62,858 bases of DNA. Source: Lama guanicoe. Its lineage: Eukaryota. The first letter of the stretch is position 1; each line of letters opens with the position of its first letter. Positions 37,046 through 50,400 of the stretch are shown here, piece after piece. A program made the translations under genes and the position numbers. The DNA is taken from contig MU053432.1 of NCBI GenBank assembly GCA_013239625.1, positions 421,422 through 484,279 of the forward strand, given 5' to 3'. The notes below the pieces were generated by a model. The model was not told the origin of the DNA and searched no databases. It was given only the letters and a program-made list of their open reading frames with translations.

Positions 37046-37669
37046 TAAGACAGGAAGGAAGGGGGCAGGGCACAGCCATTCAAGGAATGACACAGCGGTT
37101 AACACCAAGATGGCAGAAGCTTCAACTCCCAGTACACCTTGAGGTTCAAGATGGGGGGGATTTGACTTCCAGTAGACCTTGAGGTTCATTATAATATATT
37201 AACATGGTAAGTGACACTCCCACAGGTGCTGTAACAGTTCCAAGGCTAACCACAAAGGGTCAAAAAGTGGGCGGTGACCCAATTCGTGGGAATCCCTGCC
37301 CCTTCTCCCAGAGTAGTCGGAATAATCCACCCACTCGTTAACATGTGAGTTACCCAGCCCATAAAAACTAACAACCCTGCACCTCGTGGTTGCTCTCTTG
37401 CCGTCTGAGACTGCCCACGCTCTGTCTATGGGTTGTGTATCTCCTTTTACTTTAAACTAAACACTCCCATGCCTTGTGGCCTCTCTGGCCTTCTGAGACT
37501 GCCTGCACCCTGCCTATGGAATGTGCATCTCACTGAATAAATCTACTTTCATTCAACTCTGGCTCACTGTGGATTCTTTCCTGCATGAAGTTTGGCACGG
37601 CATGTCCCAGGGACCCCTCACCTGAGACCCTGGTCACAACCATCCTCTTGCGCCCCACTTTCCTGTGTC
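37046..37669 (+). mobile_element. Second solo LTR (different family)
   Basis: Termini resembling ..GACAGGAAG...TTTCCTGTGTCA, TATA-like CATAAAAA at about 37360, AATAAA near 37536. No clean TSD is visible. Confidence 0.65.
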
Positions 37670-38001
37670 ACAGCCACTCCTCATGAACTCTCCCTGGGTG
37701 TTATTTTCACTCTTTCAAGATTCAGAGTCCAGTTGGTAGCGTTCCAGTTGGTTGGCTTAGGCTCAGTTCTATCCTGGGCTTTGGAGAAGTGGGAGGAGGA
37801 GGAATGCCTTCTCCAGCTGCCATAAGAAGGGTACAGCCTCAGTCTACCAGTGTTGTCCACAGAACACGGTCTGTGCAGACATAGGAAGATGATTTGAATA
37901 CCAGGTGGCTAACAATCCCTTCCTGAATATCTACTCATAGTTGAGGTGACAGAGACCCAGATGTAAGGAAAGGAAAAATTGTGTAAGATTATGCACCAAA
38001 C

Positions 38002-38770
38002 CAGCGGCATGCAGTTAAATGTTTAACAAAAGCTCTCCAGGGGAGGGGGGGAAAAAAGCCCGGTTAATAATGTTCACCTATTTCTGCTGTGTAAGTACTC
38101 CCATCATGGCCAACTTCAAACGTGACATTACTGAACACAGAGTTGGCGAGACATGTAGGGTCGCGCACAATCACACTTCCGCCGTTCAGACGCTGCAGGT
38201 GTAAACAGCCCCGAGAGGTAACGGGAGTGTAAGGCCCATCGCTGTGTTGACTTAGAGCTGGCGGCTCAGAAGGGTAACCAGTCCTGCGTCTCTGAAGGAA
38301 AGGGTCCTGACCATTGTGTATAACTGTTTATGTACATTGCTGGATTTGATTTTCTAGCATTATTAGGAATTTTATGTTTAAGTTCATGAGGGATATTGGT
38401 CTTTGGTTTTCTCCTTGGGGTACTTTTTTTTTGTAATATTAGCTTTATAAAATGAGTTTGTAATGTTCCCTCTTCTACTGTGGAAAATATTGTGTAAAAT
38501 TGGCATTAATTCTACTTATATGTTTAATTAAATTCTCCAGGGAAGTAAAAAAAAAATGGAAAAGAGAGAGATAATGGAAAAATGCAGTAAACTAATTAGG
38601 GAGGGATGAGTTTTGAGTACTTATCACCTTTGCTTTAATGTAATATATTCAGCTGTGAATTTTCCTCATTTAATTTTTAATTAAAGCTGTGTTTAACAGC
38701 TGGAATGCACAATCCCAGAAAATTCAGGAACTGTCTCTCATGTGCCAATGCGAGGCTTCAGCACACCATG
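38002..38770. mobile_element. Interrupted hAT-Tip100 (Zaphod-like) remnant
   Basis: Ends CAGCGGCATGCAGTTAAATGTTTAAC... and ...GCTTCAGCACACCATG resemble recalled Zaphod termini. An L1-like fragment lies in the middle. Confidence 0.4.
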
Positions 38771-39181
38771 GTACCAAATTGATGGTAGGGAGAGCATGCT
38801 TTTATTCATTTTTTAAAAAATTTATGTTATTTTTTAAACAGTAGAATTAGGAATTTTTTTTAAGTGTGTTTTCAGATAAGAATTTAATTTTAAAAAAACA
38901 ACTCCACAGAAACTTTGACCCTTGTCTCTTCTCCCTTGGTTGAGAACAGTGTCAGCGGGCTCCCCAAATCCCAGTCACAACCTCCTCCAGCCGGCTTATG
39001 CAAGCGGATGGGAGACTGTGATCTCCAAAATGTAACTCGGGTTGGGTCACTCTTTTCCCCAAGTTTTCAGTCACTTTGAGCACAAACTCTCAGGCAAGAT
39101 TTGAGCTCTACTTCCTTTCCAAATGTCTTCCATTCCTCCAGCTTGTGTCAGGGGTTTTCAAACCCTTCTACAGTGCTCACG

Positions 39182-39185
<4 letters not shown>

Positions 39186-39231
<46 letters not shown>
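39186..39231. repeat. (GT)n microsatellite, about 23 units
   Basis: Directly visible perfect dinucleotide run. Confidence 0.97.
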
Positions 39232-39234
<3 letters not shown>

Positions 39235-39859
39235 TGTTTGAGTGAGTGCGCATGCTGAAGGCCTGTGAAGAGGACAAGATTTGGGGCACCAGCCCTTGCT
39301 TTCATCACAGCTGCTCTGACTCTATTTCACACCTTCCAGGGAAGATTTCATTTGGGAAAAAAGAGCATTCTGTTGCTAAAAGCCAAACATTTGAAATGAA
39401 CCATTTTAGTCCAACAGCATGGCTCACCCCAGTCAAGCACTCTCAAATCTGTATGCTCTCTTAAGACATCTTTTTTTTCATTTACTTCAACTGATGGTTT
39501 ATTCAGTACTTCCTTTGGGCCAGGCACTGGGCATAAAGCAGCAGACAAGACAGACTGTCCCTCCCTGGGGAGCTCACAGTTTAGAGGAGTGACAATAGAT
39601 ATTAGAAGAAATTCAGAAACAATGCCTTCCCTTTCCCCTCGCCCATCCTTTGAGGTTTCTCACAGAGGCCACAGATTTTATAAAATCATTTGACCTGCTT
39701 TTCCTACTGACCAGAACTCCCTTCTCCACGTGAACCTTGCGTGTCAAGGATGTTTGTTGCTTTCCCTGTCCAGCACCCTTTCCCTCACCTCCAGTTGACA
39801 GTACCTGGAACAGCCTTTGGGAGAACACCCCTCTGTTCCCTCTCTCTCTCCCAGCTCAC

Positions 39860-40315
39860 TGGGTTCCAGTTGGTCTCCAGGAGTGAGCAAGTGACCCGAG
39901 CCTGGCCATCTGGCACCTAGACTCCTCCTTAGTCATAGCATCTGGTTCAGATCTGACCACCCCTGTCTACAAAGATTGGTCTGAGATGGATAAATGATCC
40001 CAAATGGCCCATAGTGAATCCCAGACATTGTAGGAGCTTCAGGAAACAGATGCTCCCTTTTCTGCTGACTTTAAGCCCGAAAATATACACATCCAGAATT
40101 TTTGGCAACAAACCTGTTATGCTGTGGAGAGTGAAGCCAGCATGGAGGAAAGCAGACCTAGATGATGAGAAGAGACAGGACAGTTTCGATGCTGAATGCT
40201 TGGATCAAGCAGCCCTGCAGCCTGACCCCTGGACATCACAGTTCCTTCAGCCATTAATTTCCCCTTTGGCTAAGTTAATTCTAAGTCAGCTTTTCTAAAA
40301 AGAATGCTGACTAAT
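39860..40315. mobile_element. MaLR LTR (MLT1-like) remnant
   Basis: GTGACCCGAGCCTGGCCA...CCTGACCCCTGGACATCACAGTT...CCATTAATTTCCCCTTT resembles old MLT1 LTRs. Confidence 0.5.
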
Positions 40316-40999
40316 TTGCCATAGCAGAGCAGTTCTAACCTGGGCTCTCTAAAGCCAAAAGCTGGTATTTCTCTGACTCTAGCTCGTTTGCTGCGAAGGA
40401 GCCCGGGCCTCTCCAGAGTTCTTCCCAGTAAGACACACTCCTCATGTGTGGTCGGCAAGCTATTCCTCTGCCATTTCTTTCTCTCCCACAAGGCTCTCTG
40501 GGGGTGAGGGGCCCCCTTTTCTGCAGAAGCTGAGAATCCTAACCCTGTCTCAGCCAGCCATCAAAGCAGCTGAGAGCCCATATTGAAGTCAGGGATATCC
40601 CCACCCTCTTAAGGCACTTCTTGCCTGGATCCAGGAGCTGAGGTCGCTGGTGGTCCAACCAAGGGCGTAAGGGTGCTGCTCCTGATCGTTTTTCTTCATA
40701 GCTCCACGCATGACGCCCTTGTCTTGTGCCAGGCACTATGCTGGGCATTTTACGTTCGTTCTCGTACGTAATCCTCACAGCAACCTGAAGGTAATGCTGT
40801 ACCCCCACTGAACAGAGAAAATTCCAGGCTCCAGGGCTAGTAAAGAGCCGAACAGGGTAACCGGACAGATGTGCTCAAGCACTGCTGGTGAATTGTGGCC
40901 ACTAGGGATGGAGGGTAGCTTAAGTGTCGAAGGGGACGAAAAAGGAACATTTGGGACTGTAGGAAATTGAAACGATGGCCTTGGAAGCTACTTAGGGGT

Positions 41000-41469
41000 G
41001 AGACTGGGCGCGGCGCCGGGGCGGGCTAGAGCGGCAGTATGCCTCGCTACGATCCCTGGGCCACAGGGTTTTCCGCGCGCTGGGAGTCGGCTAGCGGGTG
41101 GGGGCGGCAGGTGGGGCGGGGCGGGGCGGGGCTTCCCTGGGCCCGCCCCTTGCCCAGGTGAGGCGTCCGCCACCCGGGCTGGAAGGGGTGATGTAACTCC
41201 TCGGTGCTCACGAGGTGTAGGGTTCCCTGGCCGTAGGGCCAGGCCTGTTTGGAGCCCCGGCCTTCGGCGACACGAAGGGTGGAGGGAGAGGGTGCCGCGC
41301 CCTGCGCGGCCCAGGTGTCGTCTCCGGAGGCGGAGTTTGGGAACCGGGCAGCGGGAGATTCCCGGCCAGACTAGACGGCGGGCGTCGAGGGGACAAAAGC
41401 CAGCCAGACGAGGCAGAGCCGGGCGGCGCGGGGAGTGCAGAGGGCAGGCAAAGGCCCAGGGCCGCCGGC
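41000..41469 (+). promoter_or_regulatory. RTKN distal CpG-island promoter
   Basis: CpG-rich, with tandem GGGGC GC boxes (possible G4) at about 41096-41131, upstream of the exon 1a ATG. Confidence 0.75.
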
Positions 41470-44400
41470 ATGTTCTCCCGAAACCACCGGAGCCGGGTCA
41501 CCGTGGCCAGGGGCTCCGCCCTGGAGATGGAGTTCAAACGTGGCCGCTTCCGACTCAGCCTTTTCAGCGACCCTCCCGAGGTGAGAGACCCGCGTCCCTG
41601 CCTTCCCCTGCCCGGGCTCCAGCGGTCGGGCCGCCCGGGCCTCCCGCCCCTGCCCGCGCGCGCGGAGGGGCGGCGACGCCGCGGGCCGGGTACGCACCAG
41701 CGGTTGTTGACTTAAAAAGTCGGGGCAGACCGTCTGCGCGTTACTCGGGCTGAGCCACCCGAGACGTTCCCTGGCCCAGTCAGGACGATTTGCCTCGGCC
41801 TGGAAAATCTCTGGGTTGGCTTCAATTTAAGGGGCTCTAGGCTCGATTCCTAAAATGTGCCTGGACCCCGGCCCCTCGGAGCAAAGAGTGGTGTGCAACT
41901 AGGCGGGCCCTAACAGCTCGTATTCCCGGCCTCCAGCCGCCTCCCACAACCTGTCTCAACCGTCTGGGACAGCCACTATCACCAATCTCACCCAGGTCTG
42001 CCCGCTTTGCTGAAACCCTCCCTAACTGCTCCTCTGTGGCTAGGAGAGTCAGGAGGAAGAAGGGGAGGAGGTGTGTCCCTATTAACGATTTGGAATTATT
42101 TCCCACACTCAAACGTTCAGCCTCCTTTCCTGGGGCTTAAGAGAGGTCTAGCCTCTAGTCTGACAATTGGTTCCCCAGCCCAACACCCTACACGCTACCC
42201 AGGTCCGAGCCCCACCTGTAACTCCCTAAAAGGGCTGAAAGGTGTGGAGCTGAGCTAGGACTGAGAGGGCGAGTCTGCCCTCTCAGAAGACAGACTCTGA
42301 GGCTGTCGCCGTGGTCAGCTCTCCTTCCCTGCTGGGCCTGGAAATGGTTAAGTGAGGGGGCCTTCTTCCCTCCTCCCTGCCGGGATTCCAGGCCTGGCTT
42401 CTGCCCTTTTCCCCCCAGACTGCCCAGAACAAAGGCTCTTTCATACCCGTGTCCCAGTGTCCCGGGCCTTCTCTGACTCAGAAGCCAGCGGACCTGGGGG
42501 AGAGAGCTTCCGTCACGCCGCGTGGGGCCAGCGTGGGGGCGGGAGGGGCAAGGCCCGGGGACCAGGAGGAGGGGCCTGCGGGCGGGGGCGCCCCGCCCCC
42601 GGGATAGGCCCGGCCTTTTGGGGGCCGTCGGGGAGGAGCCGGGGCGGAGCCACTGGGCCCCGGCTGAGAGGAGTGTGACTCCGTGGGCCTGCGGGGAGGG
42701 GTGGGGGGCAAAGCTGCAGCTGGCTGGGAATCGGGGCTGGTTTCCTGTCTGGAAGGGAAGGGGCCCGCAGAGGGGAGAGGGGCAGCAGCAGCCAGGCACA
42801 CCCCTGCCTTTCTCTCTCCCTCTCCTCCCTTCTGCTGGAAAAACGAGGTAATTGTGAGCCCGGGGTGGGGGGCGGTCTGGATGGGGGACCCAAGTTGGAA
42901 GAGGTGGCCCTAGGGGTGGGGCTACTCTTACCCCTCTGTCACACTCCCTGGGCTCACTCAAGTCCTCATCTCTTTCCCTCTTCTTCCTCAAACTAAGCCA
43001 GAGCCACTTTCAGAAGGCTCCAACCTCCTGGCAAACCCCACGGCCCTGTAGAACCTGCATGAAGTGTCCCCTCCCTGCCCCCTTCCAGTTGTGCCTGCCC
43101 CTCACACCCTGCAGCACACAGATTCTCTGTCCACTCGGCCAGGGATGTGGGCGGGGGCTGGGGAGGGGCCAGAGTCGGAATGAAAGGGCCCTTTTCTTCC
43201 ACAGCTGGGGGAACAGCTGCCACCAAAGCAAGACTGGACACTCTGTGCCCAGAACCCCCTCTGCAGCTGGCCTGCCCTCTCGGGACCCTGCTCATCCTCA
43301 CCCCATTTTCCTCTCCTCCCATGCCTGGCTCCCACCAGGGCCCTGGAACAGCGGGTAGGCAAGGGAAGTTTGTCACAGCAGCCAGAAGGGTCCAACAGGA
43401 GTGCACGGAGGACAGGGGCTGCCTCTGCCCTCTGCCCAAGAACTACCCACCTCTTTCAAGACAAGGGGAGCAGCAAGAGAAGGAATTGTGGGGCAGCGTG
43501 GAGCTTGCTCGCTTCACTCCTCTGGAGGGGTCAACAAGGGAAGGGGCACCAGGGGGCAGAGAGATGCAGGACAGATTGCACATCCTGGAGGACCTGAATA
43601 TGCTCTACATCCGGCAGATGGCGCTCAGCCTGGAGGTAACGCCCCCACCCCTGGAGTGCACCTCCTTCACAGCGCCCAGCCCCAGTCTCTGCTCTGCCCA
43701 TTCCTGCTGGGCTAATCCGGGAGAGTGGGGTCTGCTGAAAGTGGGAAGATGGGCAGGTGGTTCTGTATACCGTTCGTTGGGTGCTATGTGTAGACCCAGG
43801 CTCAGTTCTGCCAATTAGAGTATCACGTTGGCAACAGGGTCTTCACACCAATTTCTGGAAGCCTTGTGGGTGGGTGTGGACGTGTGTTCTGGGGCTAAGG
43901 GCTCCTTTTAGGTATGGGAAGAACAGAGGTGTTCAATATGAGAGAGGCTGGCAGGAAGGTGATGGCCTTACTAGAAAAGGGGAAGAGGACTCTGGGGCAG
44001 GATATAAGGATTCTGTGGCCCTGAAGATGGCAGGGCACTGTTTATCCATTTATTTATTCATTATCACATTTACTGAACACCTACTATATGCCAGGCTCCT
44101 TTCTAGATCTTGGGATACCTCAGTGACCAAAACAGGAAAGGTCCATTCTACTGACGGAACAGATAATAAACATGCAAACACACAAATTATCCCACACAGT
44201 GGCATGATGATGAAAACCGGGTGGCGGTGTACTAAACATCAGGTAGGGGAGGCAGCATTAGATGCAGGGGTCAGGGAAGGCCTCTGCGAGATCTTTGAGC
44301 TGTGACCAGAAACATACAAAGATGTGTGAAGGTCGGAGGAAGGGCTTTCCAGCAGAGGGCATAGCAAGGGTAAAGGCCCTTATGTAAGAATGACGGTGAT

Positions 44401-47400
44401 ACGTTTGGGGAAGAAAGAGAGCCAGTGTGGCTGGAACATAATAGTTGGGATTGAGCTGATGGGCAGGGGCCAGATTATACAGGGCTTTGAAGGCCAATGC
44501 AAGGCACTTAGATTTTACTCTAAATGGGATGTTGGCCCATGGAAGGGTTTTAAGCAGGGAGACGACTCATCTAATGTTTTTAAATGATGGCTGCTGTGTT
44601 TTAAATGAATAGGCTAGGCAGGGGTGGGGCGTGGAAGAAGGAAGGGTTGGCAAGGGGGGTAGCAGAAGACCTCCAGCTGGGAGGTTGTTACAGCCTTGGG
44701 GGAGTGAACCTGGTGGTGTGAATTAAATGCTGATGGTGGAGGGAGGGAGAAGGGGGTGGGTTTCAGAAGATGGCGGTAGATCTGATAGGGCTTGCTGATG
44801 GACTGGATGTGCGGAGTACAGCAGAGAGAGGACTCCAGGATGTTTTCCCCCGACTTGTGACTATGCAACTGGGCAGTGTGGTCATTTACTGAGATGGGGA
44901 AAATAGAAGGAGCTGTGGAAGTGACCGCCTGGACCAGGCAGGGACTTGCTGCTGAGGGAGGTCAGAGGCAGGACAATAGAGTCTAGCTCAAAAAGGCAAT
45001 TTATTGCTTGTGTTGCTCCCCCAACCCCATCCCTACTTCTTAGATCATGGCAGACATTACTAGTCAATCATGGCACTCTTCACCAACAAACCCACACATG
45101 GCCTCAGAATCTTTCTTCACACAACTTTGGCATACATTATGCAGGTTGTGTCCTTCACAAGGGCACTGGGCAGTGGCATTAGTCCTGGCCTGGTTTTGGG
45201 CTGTGTGATGGGGGGGGGCCTTTATCTAATTTGTTTGCCTGGAGAAGATCATCTTTTTCTAAAATTTAGAAAGGTGCCCAACAAGCACCCTGGAACTCTG
45301 ACACTACCTGTTTTCCTGGGCTGGTACATGGGATCAAACCTATTTGCCAGCCCTAGTCCTCCGTACCGCCCATGTTACTAGTTACATGAGGCTATTTAAA
45401 TTCAAAATGAAGTTAATTGAAATAAAATAAAAAATTTAGTTCTTTCATTACTCTAGCCACATTTCAAGTGCTAGATGGCTACTGAACATTTTCATCATCG
45501 CAGACCTTATTGGACATGGATGGTCTAGGTATTTAAATGTTTAATTTGGCATCCCTTCCCCTCCATGTAAGTTTTCTTCATAGGAGCTCTGCCCAAGTTC
45601 TGGGACAGAAGAGGGAGCTTAGATTTTACTTTGGTCATCTCTTGTTCAGCCATGGGTTGGCTAAGGGCGCTTCGTTCCTTCTCCATGAAGCTGAGCAGTT
45701 CCCCAACTCCCATCCTCCTGGTGTTTCTGGGATTAGCAAGAGAGGTAGTCATGGAAGTGTAAACACAAGACTTTCTGGAGGAGAACACTTAAGCTCTCCC
45801 TAAGTAAAGGGGAGGTGGGAGTGCTGGGCCCAGGTAGAGGTCAGACTTTCCCATTTTAATCCTCAAACAGTGATATGAAGGACATGGAATACCCCGAAAT
45901 TTACCAACTGAGATCTCCAGAGGTTAAGTTCTCACAGCTAGTCAAGTTCATAAGCCAGGATTTGAAATTAGCCCTGGGGGAGATTCTAAAGGGAACAGGA
46001 GGTGGTGGGAAGCAGAGCAGGAAGTCAGAGATAGAAGCGAGTGGGAGGGACTGGAAAGGATGTGCACGAGGGCCTAATGTGCACTGGGCCTTCTGCCATG
46101 ACTCATCCTCCTTCAGCCCCTTGGGCCCTGACCCAGGTCCCACTGACATCCAGCTGAGGGCTCTTTCCCAGGAGAGTGTGGTGGCAGGGCTGCCTGCCGG
46201 GGCAGGGGGGGGATGAGGGAGGGAGATGGGGCGAAGCTCAGGCATACGGAGCCCGCTTCAGTATTTCAGAGATGATCAGCCCGAAGGGTGAGATTTCCTG
46301 ATGCTCTCACCATCAGGCCCTGGGAGAGTGGATTCGAATGGAAGGGCAGTGGTGGGGGTATGGTAGCCGGGGTAGTGTCTGGGCCCCCAGTCCGGCTCTT
46401 CCTGGCTGGTCACAGCGACTTCTCTGCAGCTCCAGTTAATTCCAGATTAGACAGCGTCCCCCTCCCGCATGCTCCCAGGCAAGGAGTCACCTGGGAGGGC
46501 AACTGCAGCGTGGTCGGGCCTCCTGGCCTCCGGCACCTCCGCGGCCTGCAGCCCTTTCCTGGGCGAGGCCGGTGCTCCTGGAGGTACCTTCCCATCTCGA
46601 CTGGGTCTCTGTGGTAGCGCCACCCGGAGCTTAGCCCAGCCGGGACCGCAGGAGCGCCGGCGCCCCGGGGCCCCCGGGCCGCTCTCGCGGCAGTTGGGAG
46701 CTGACGTCACCGCCGCCGCGGGCGGGGGCGGGGTGGCTCCTCTGGCCGGTGCACAGCCCGCACTGGCGCCGCACTGGCGCCGCACAGGCAATGGCCAGGG
46801 CTAGGGAAGAATCCGTGAGTGCTGGGGCCGGGACCAAGAGGCTAGTCAGGAGGGGGCCTCGGGGTGCTGCTCTGCTGCAACCCCCTCAGCTGTTTGGGGT
46901 GTTTGTGTAGAAGCTGGATGCAGAATGGGATGAGGGGTGGCAAGCAGCAAAGCGCAGCAGAAGTGGGACGCTGCTGCAGGCGGACTTAGTGGGGGTGGGG
47001 GCATTTGCGTAGTCTGAGGGCTTCCTGGGGGAGGGGGCATTGGGACCGGGTTGGTCTATTTCTAAAGGGTGAGGAAGGGAAAGGTAGATGGTGAGGGTGA
47101 TGAGAGTCTGGCTTAGCCCAAGTAGGGAAGGGAGAATCTGCAGGGATGCTGGAAAAGGCAATTCCTGGAAGCAGGAACTTAGGGTGCTCACGGCTTGGAG
47201 ATTTGAAGGCTGGGGCCACCAGGGGCAGAAGCAAGGGCACAGAATGTGGGAGAGCTGGTGTGAGGGGGAAGATGGATTTTGGTTTGGGGCAGTCACATTC
47301 GCCCTCCTCTTTCAACCCGGTGGCTCCACTTGGCTTGTCTGATTTGTACACTGTAAGGGGGTTAGTCTTTCACCTCCTTTCTGAAGCCTTCCCGTTCACC

Positions 47401-50400
47401 TCAGCTAGAAGCAAATAGGGTCTGTTTCCTGTGAGCGTGTTTGTGCCATGACATGGCACTTATGGAGCAGCCATTAATGTCTGCACCTCTCACCTCCCAG
47501 CCGATTTCGAACGTGGAGCTTTGCACAGCAGAGAGATGCTCCAGTGTTTGTTGGGTGAATGCTACTGGAGCCAAAGTAGCGTCATTGAAATAAGCACCCC
47601 TACCATTCATGTAGATCAGATGCTGGGCATTGTGCTCAAAGCCTGCTCAGCCCCTCACTGCTGACCTCCTGCTTCACCTGCCTTCCCATCCCGACTCCTG
47701 GCCTCTGTCCTCACCTCCCAAACTCAGAGGGCCAGCAGGTGGCAGATTCCCAAATCTGGGGTGTGTAGAGTGCGTCCTTGTGCAGCATGGGTGAGCACTG
47801 CAGGCGGTTGCGCCTTCTCCGCTGACCCCTTGCCAACTAGATGTCCTCTCTCATCACTTGAGCCTTTGGGGTGGCCCAGCATGGCCTTTACTATCTGTGG
47901 CCATTCCCTTTAGGTGGTGGTTCCAGCCCGGGCTGTACCTCAGAGTCACGTGGGAAATTTTCCCAAAAATGCACTTAGAGATTCTCATTTTGCTGATCTG
48001 AGGTGGGGCCTGGTGATTTTTTTTTTTAACTCAGATTTAAGTTTTTAAAAGGTAACAATTTCTAATAGTACAATAATAAAGAAGGGTATTTATAAAGTAT
48101 CATAAATCAGTTTATCATTTCTGGCTCCCGGCCCCACAACCACTATTTTATGCATATCTACTGATATGGATATGCATGTATAGATATCCTGCACAAATGG
48201 CAGCATGCTATATTGTTCTACTTTTTTTTACTCATTTCATATATTTTGAAGATGATTTAAGTTTTGCACACATGTCTACCTTAGTTTTTAATGTCCGGAA
48301 TATTCCACATATCATGGTTTAGATGTGCTGAGACTTATTGAACCAATGCCTTGTTGAAGGACTTATAATCTTGGTGTTTTGAAATGATGCAATGAACATG
48401 GCTCTGCCCACATGTGTGATGATAACCTGTGGGATAAACTCCTGGATATTGGATAGCTGGATCAGAGGATATGTGAATTTGGAGTTTTTACAGATTTTTT
48501 CAAATTACGCTCAAATGAGGCTGTTGAAATGTTTACTCCCAGAGGGCACCTGTGGTTTTACAAAGCTTCTCTGGTAATTGTTGGGCAGCTGAGATCGAGA
48601 CGCAACCCTTGTCCCTTAGTCGCCTGGGACGTAAGTTTTTTCTTGTCAGTTTCTCAGGGCCTACAGCCCACGTGGAGATGGGAGGGTGCTTTGGCCTGTC
48701 TGTCCTCTGACTGCCATTTCCTCTTACTGGCCAGGACACAGAGTTGCAGAGGAAGCTAGACCATGAGATCCGGATGAGGGAAGGGGCCTGTAAGCTGCTG
48801 GCGGCCTGCTCCCAGCGAGAGCAGGCTCTGGAGGCCACCAAGAGCCTGCTGGTGTGCAACAGCCGCGTCCTGAGCTACATGGGCGAGCTGCAGCGGCGCA
48901 AGGAGGCGCAGGTGCTGGGAAAGACAGGCCGGCGGTGAGCACGGGGCGGGGGCAAGACTTTGTGGGGGACAGCGGGGCGGCATGTGTGCACATGGAGTAT
49001 GGCCCACCCTGAGGCCGATGTCCTCGTGAAGACTTTTCAGAAGTCACCTTGGTGTTTTACCACCACAGTGTGCTGCCCAGAGGGCCACCAGTGAATTTCT
49101 GGGGCTGGGCTCAGGGGAGCCAGTGTATCTGGTAAAAGGCTGGTGGTATTTCTGAGGGGCAGTAATGCAAACGCCCTCATTTGCTAAGCCCTGCCTGTGA
49201 TCTGAGGACGCCGGCTGGCTGGCTTCTGGAAAGCTGATTTCCTCAAAGCCAGTTCACCAAGTGGCCAATTTACCTAACTGACAATAAATAGTTCATTGTA
49301 GCTGGGATTCACCTCATCACAGAGATGAGGCAGGGACTGGGAAGGGAAATAATGGGGGAAAAATTAAGGGAATGCCTACCTATTCACATAAACTAAATTG
49401 TATATTCGAAAGGACTCAACTCGCAGCCTACACTGACATTAGATGCTGCTGATCTAACAAATCTGCAGTGAAATCTGCTCTCGTAAATCTAAAACATAGG
49501 AGAAAATATTTGGCAAATTGATCACTCTGAGAGCTGGCCATTTTTGGTAAATTGCTCTTTCGGAAAACTGGCTTCTGGCAAAGTAGCCTGCTTGACCCCA
49601 CAAAGCTGAGTGGGAGAAAGTCCTGGCCCCGCAATGACATGGTGTCCATCCCAGCTCAGCACACAGGGGAGGCTGCCAGGAGCCCTCCAGAGCTCACCCA
49701 TGAAGACACCAGGGGAAGGCAGAAAACCTCCTGTGGCTGCTCTGTCACATTAGAGAAAGGGCAGGCAGGCACGGGGACAGTTTGAACCGAAAGTTTGCTG
49801 TTTCCTGAGAGGCAGCCATTGACAGGCTCTGCCCTGCCCAAGTCCCCACACGGCCCATACAGCGTGACCTGAGCTATACCTCGAGTCCCTGGCAGCTAAA
49901 CACATTGCCATCAGTGCCAAATCGTTTAGCTTAAGGCTGTACTAAGTCACTTATTTCATATAATGAAGTACGAATTAATACAGTTCCTTAGGAGAGGAAC
50001 ACGTGCCTGGTGAGTCTGATGGGCGGGGGGAGGAAGGTTGGGTGCCCCCCTGCAGTGGGGGGGGTGTCTAGGGAACTTGGGACACTGGGAAGGCTCAGCC
50101 CACCCAGCCAGGAGGGTAAAGGAGGAGGCAAGACTGAGAGGGGGGATGGAGAGAGGTTTGTGGCAAATGGAACACAAATGCACCCTCCTTGGGATCTTGG
50201 TTTTCAGACTGACCCAGTACCTTTCTTTGTCAAAGTGATGAGATGGTGAAGACAGGCAGCCTCCTTTGTTGCTAAAAGGAAAGCCTGCAAACTCCAAGCC
50301 TGGGGGTTAATGGAGAAGAGTCCTTGAAAGGGAGTCTCTCTGTGGGCACCGTCCCCTCCAGCCCCACCTGCCCCTGGCAGAGGTCTGGGGAGGTGGTCAG

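Noticed and set aside
40998..42991. 251-aa and 267-aa ORFs near the RTKN promoter
   Set aside because: Low-complexity CpG-island frames that are depleted of stop codons by composition.
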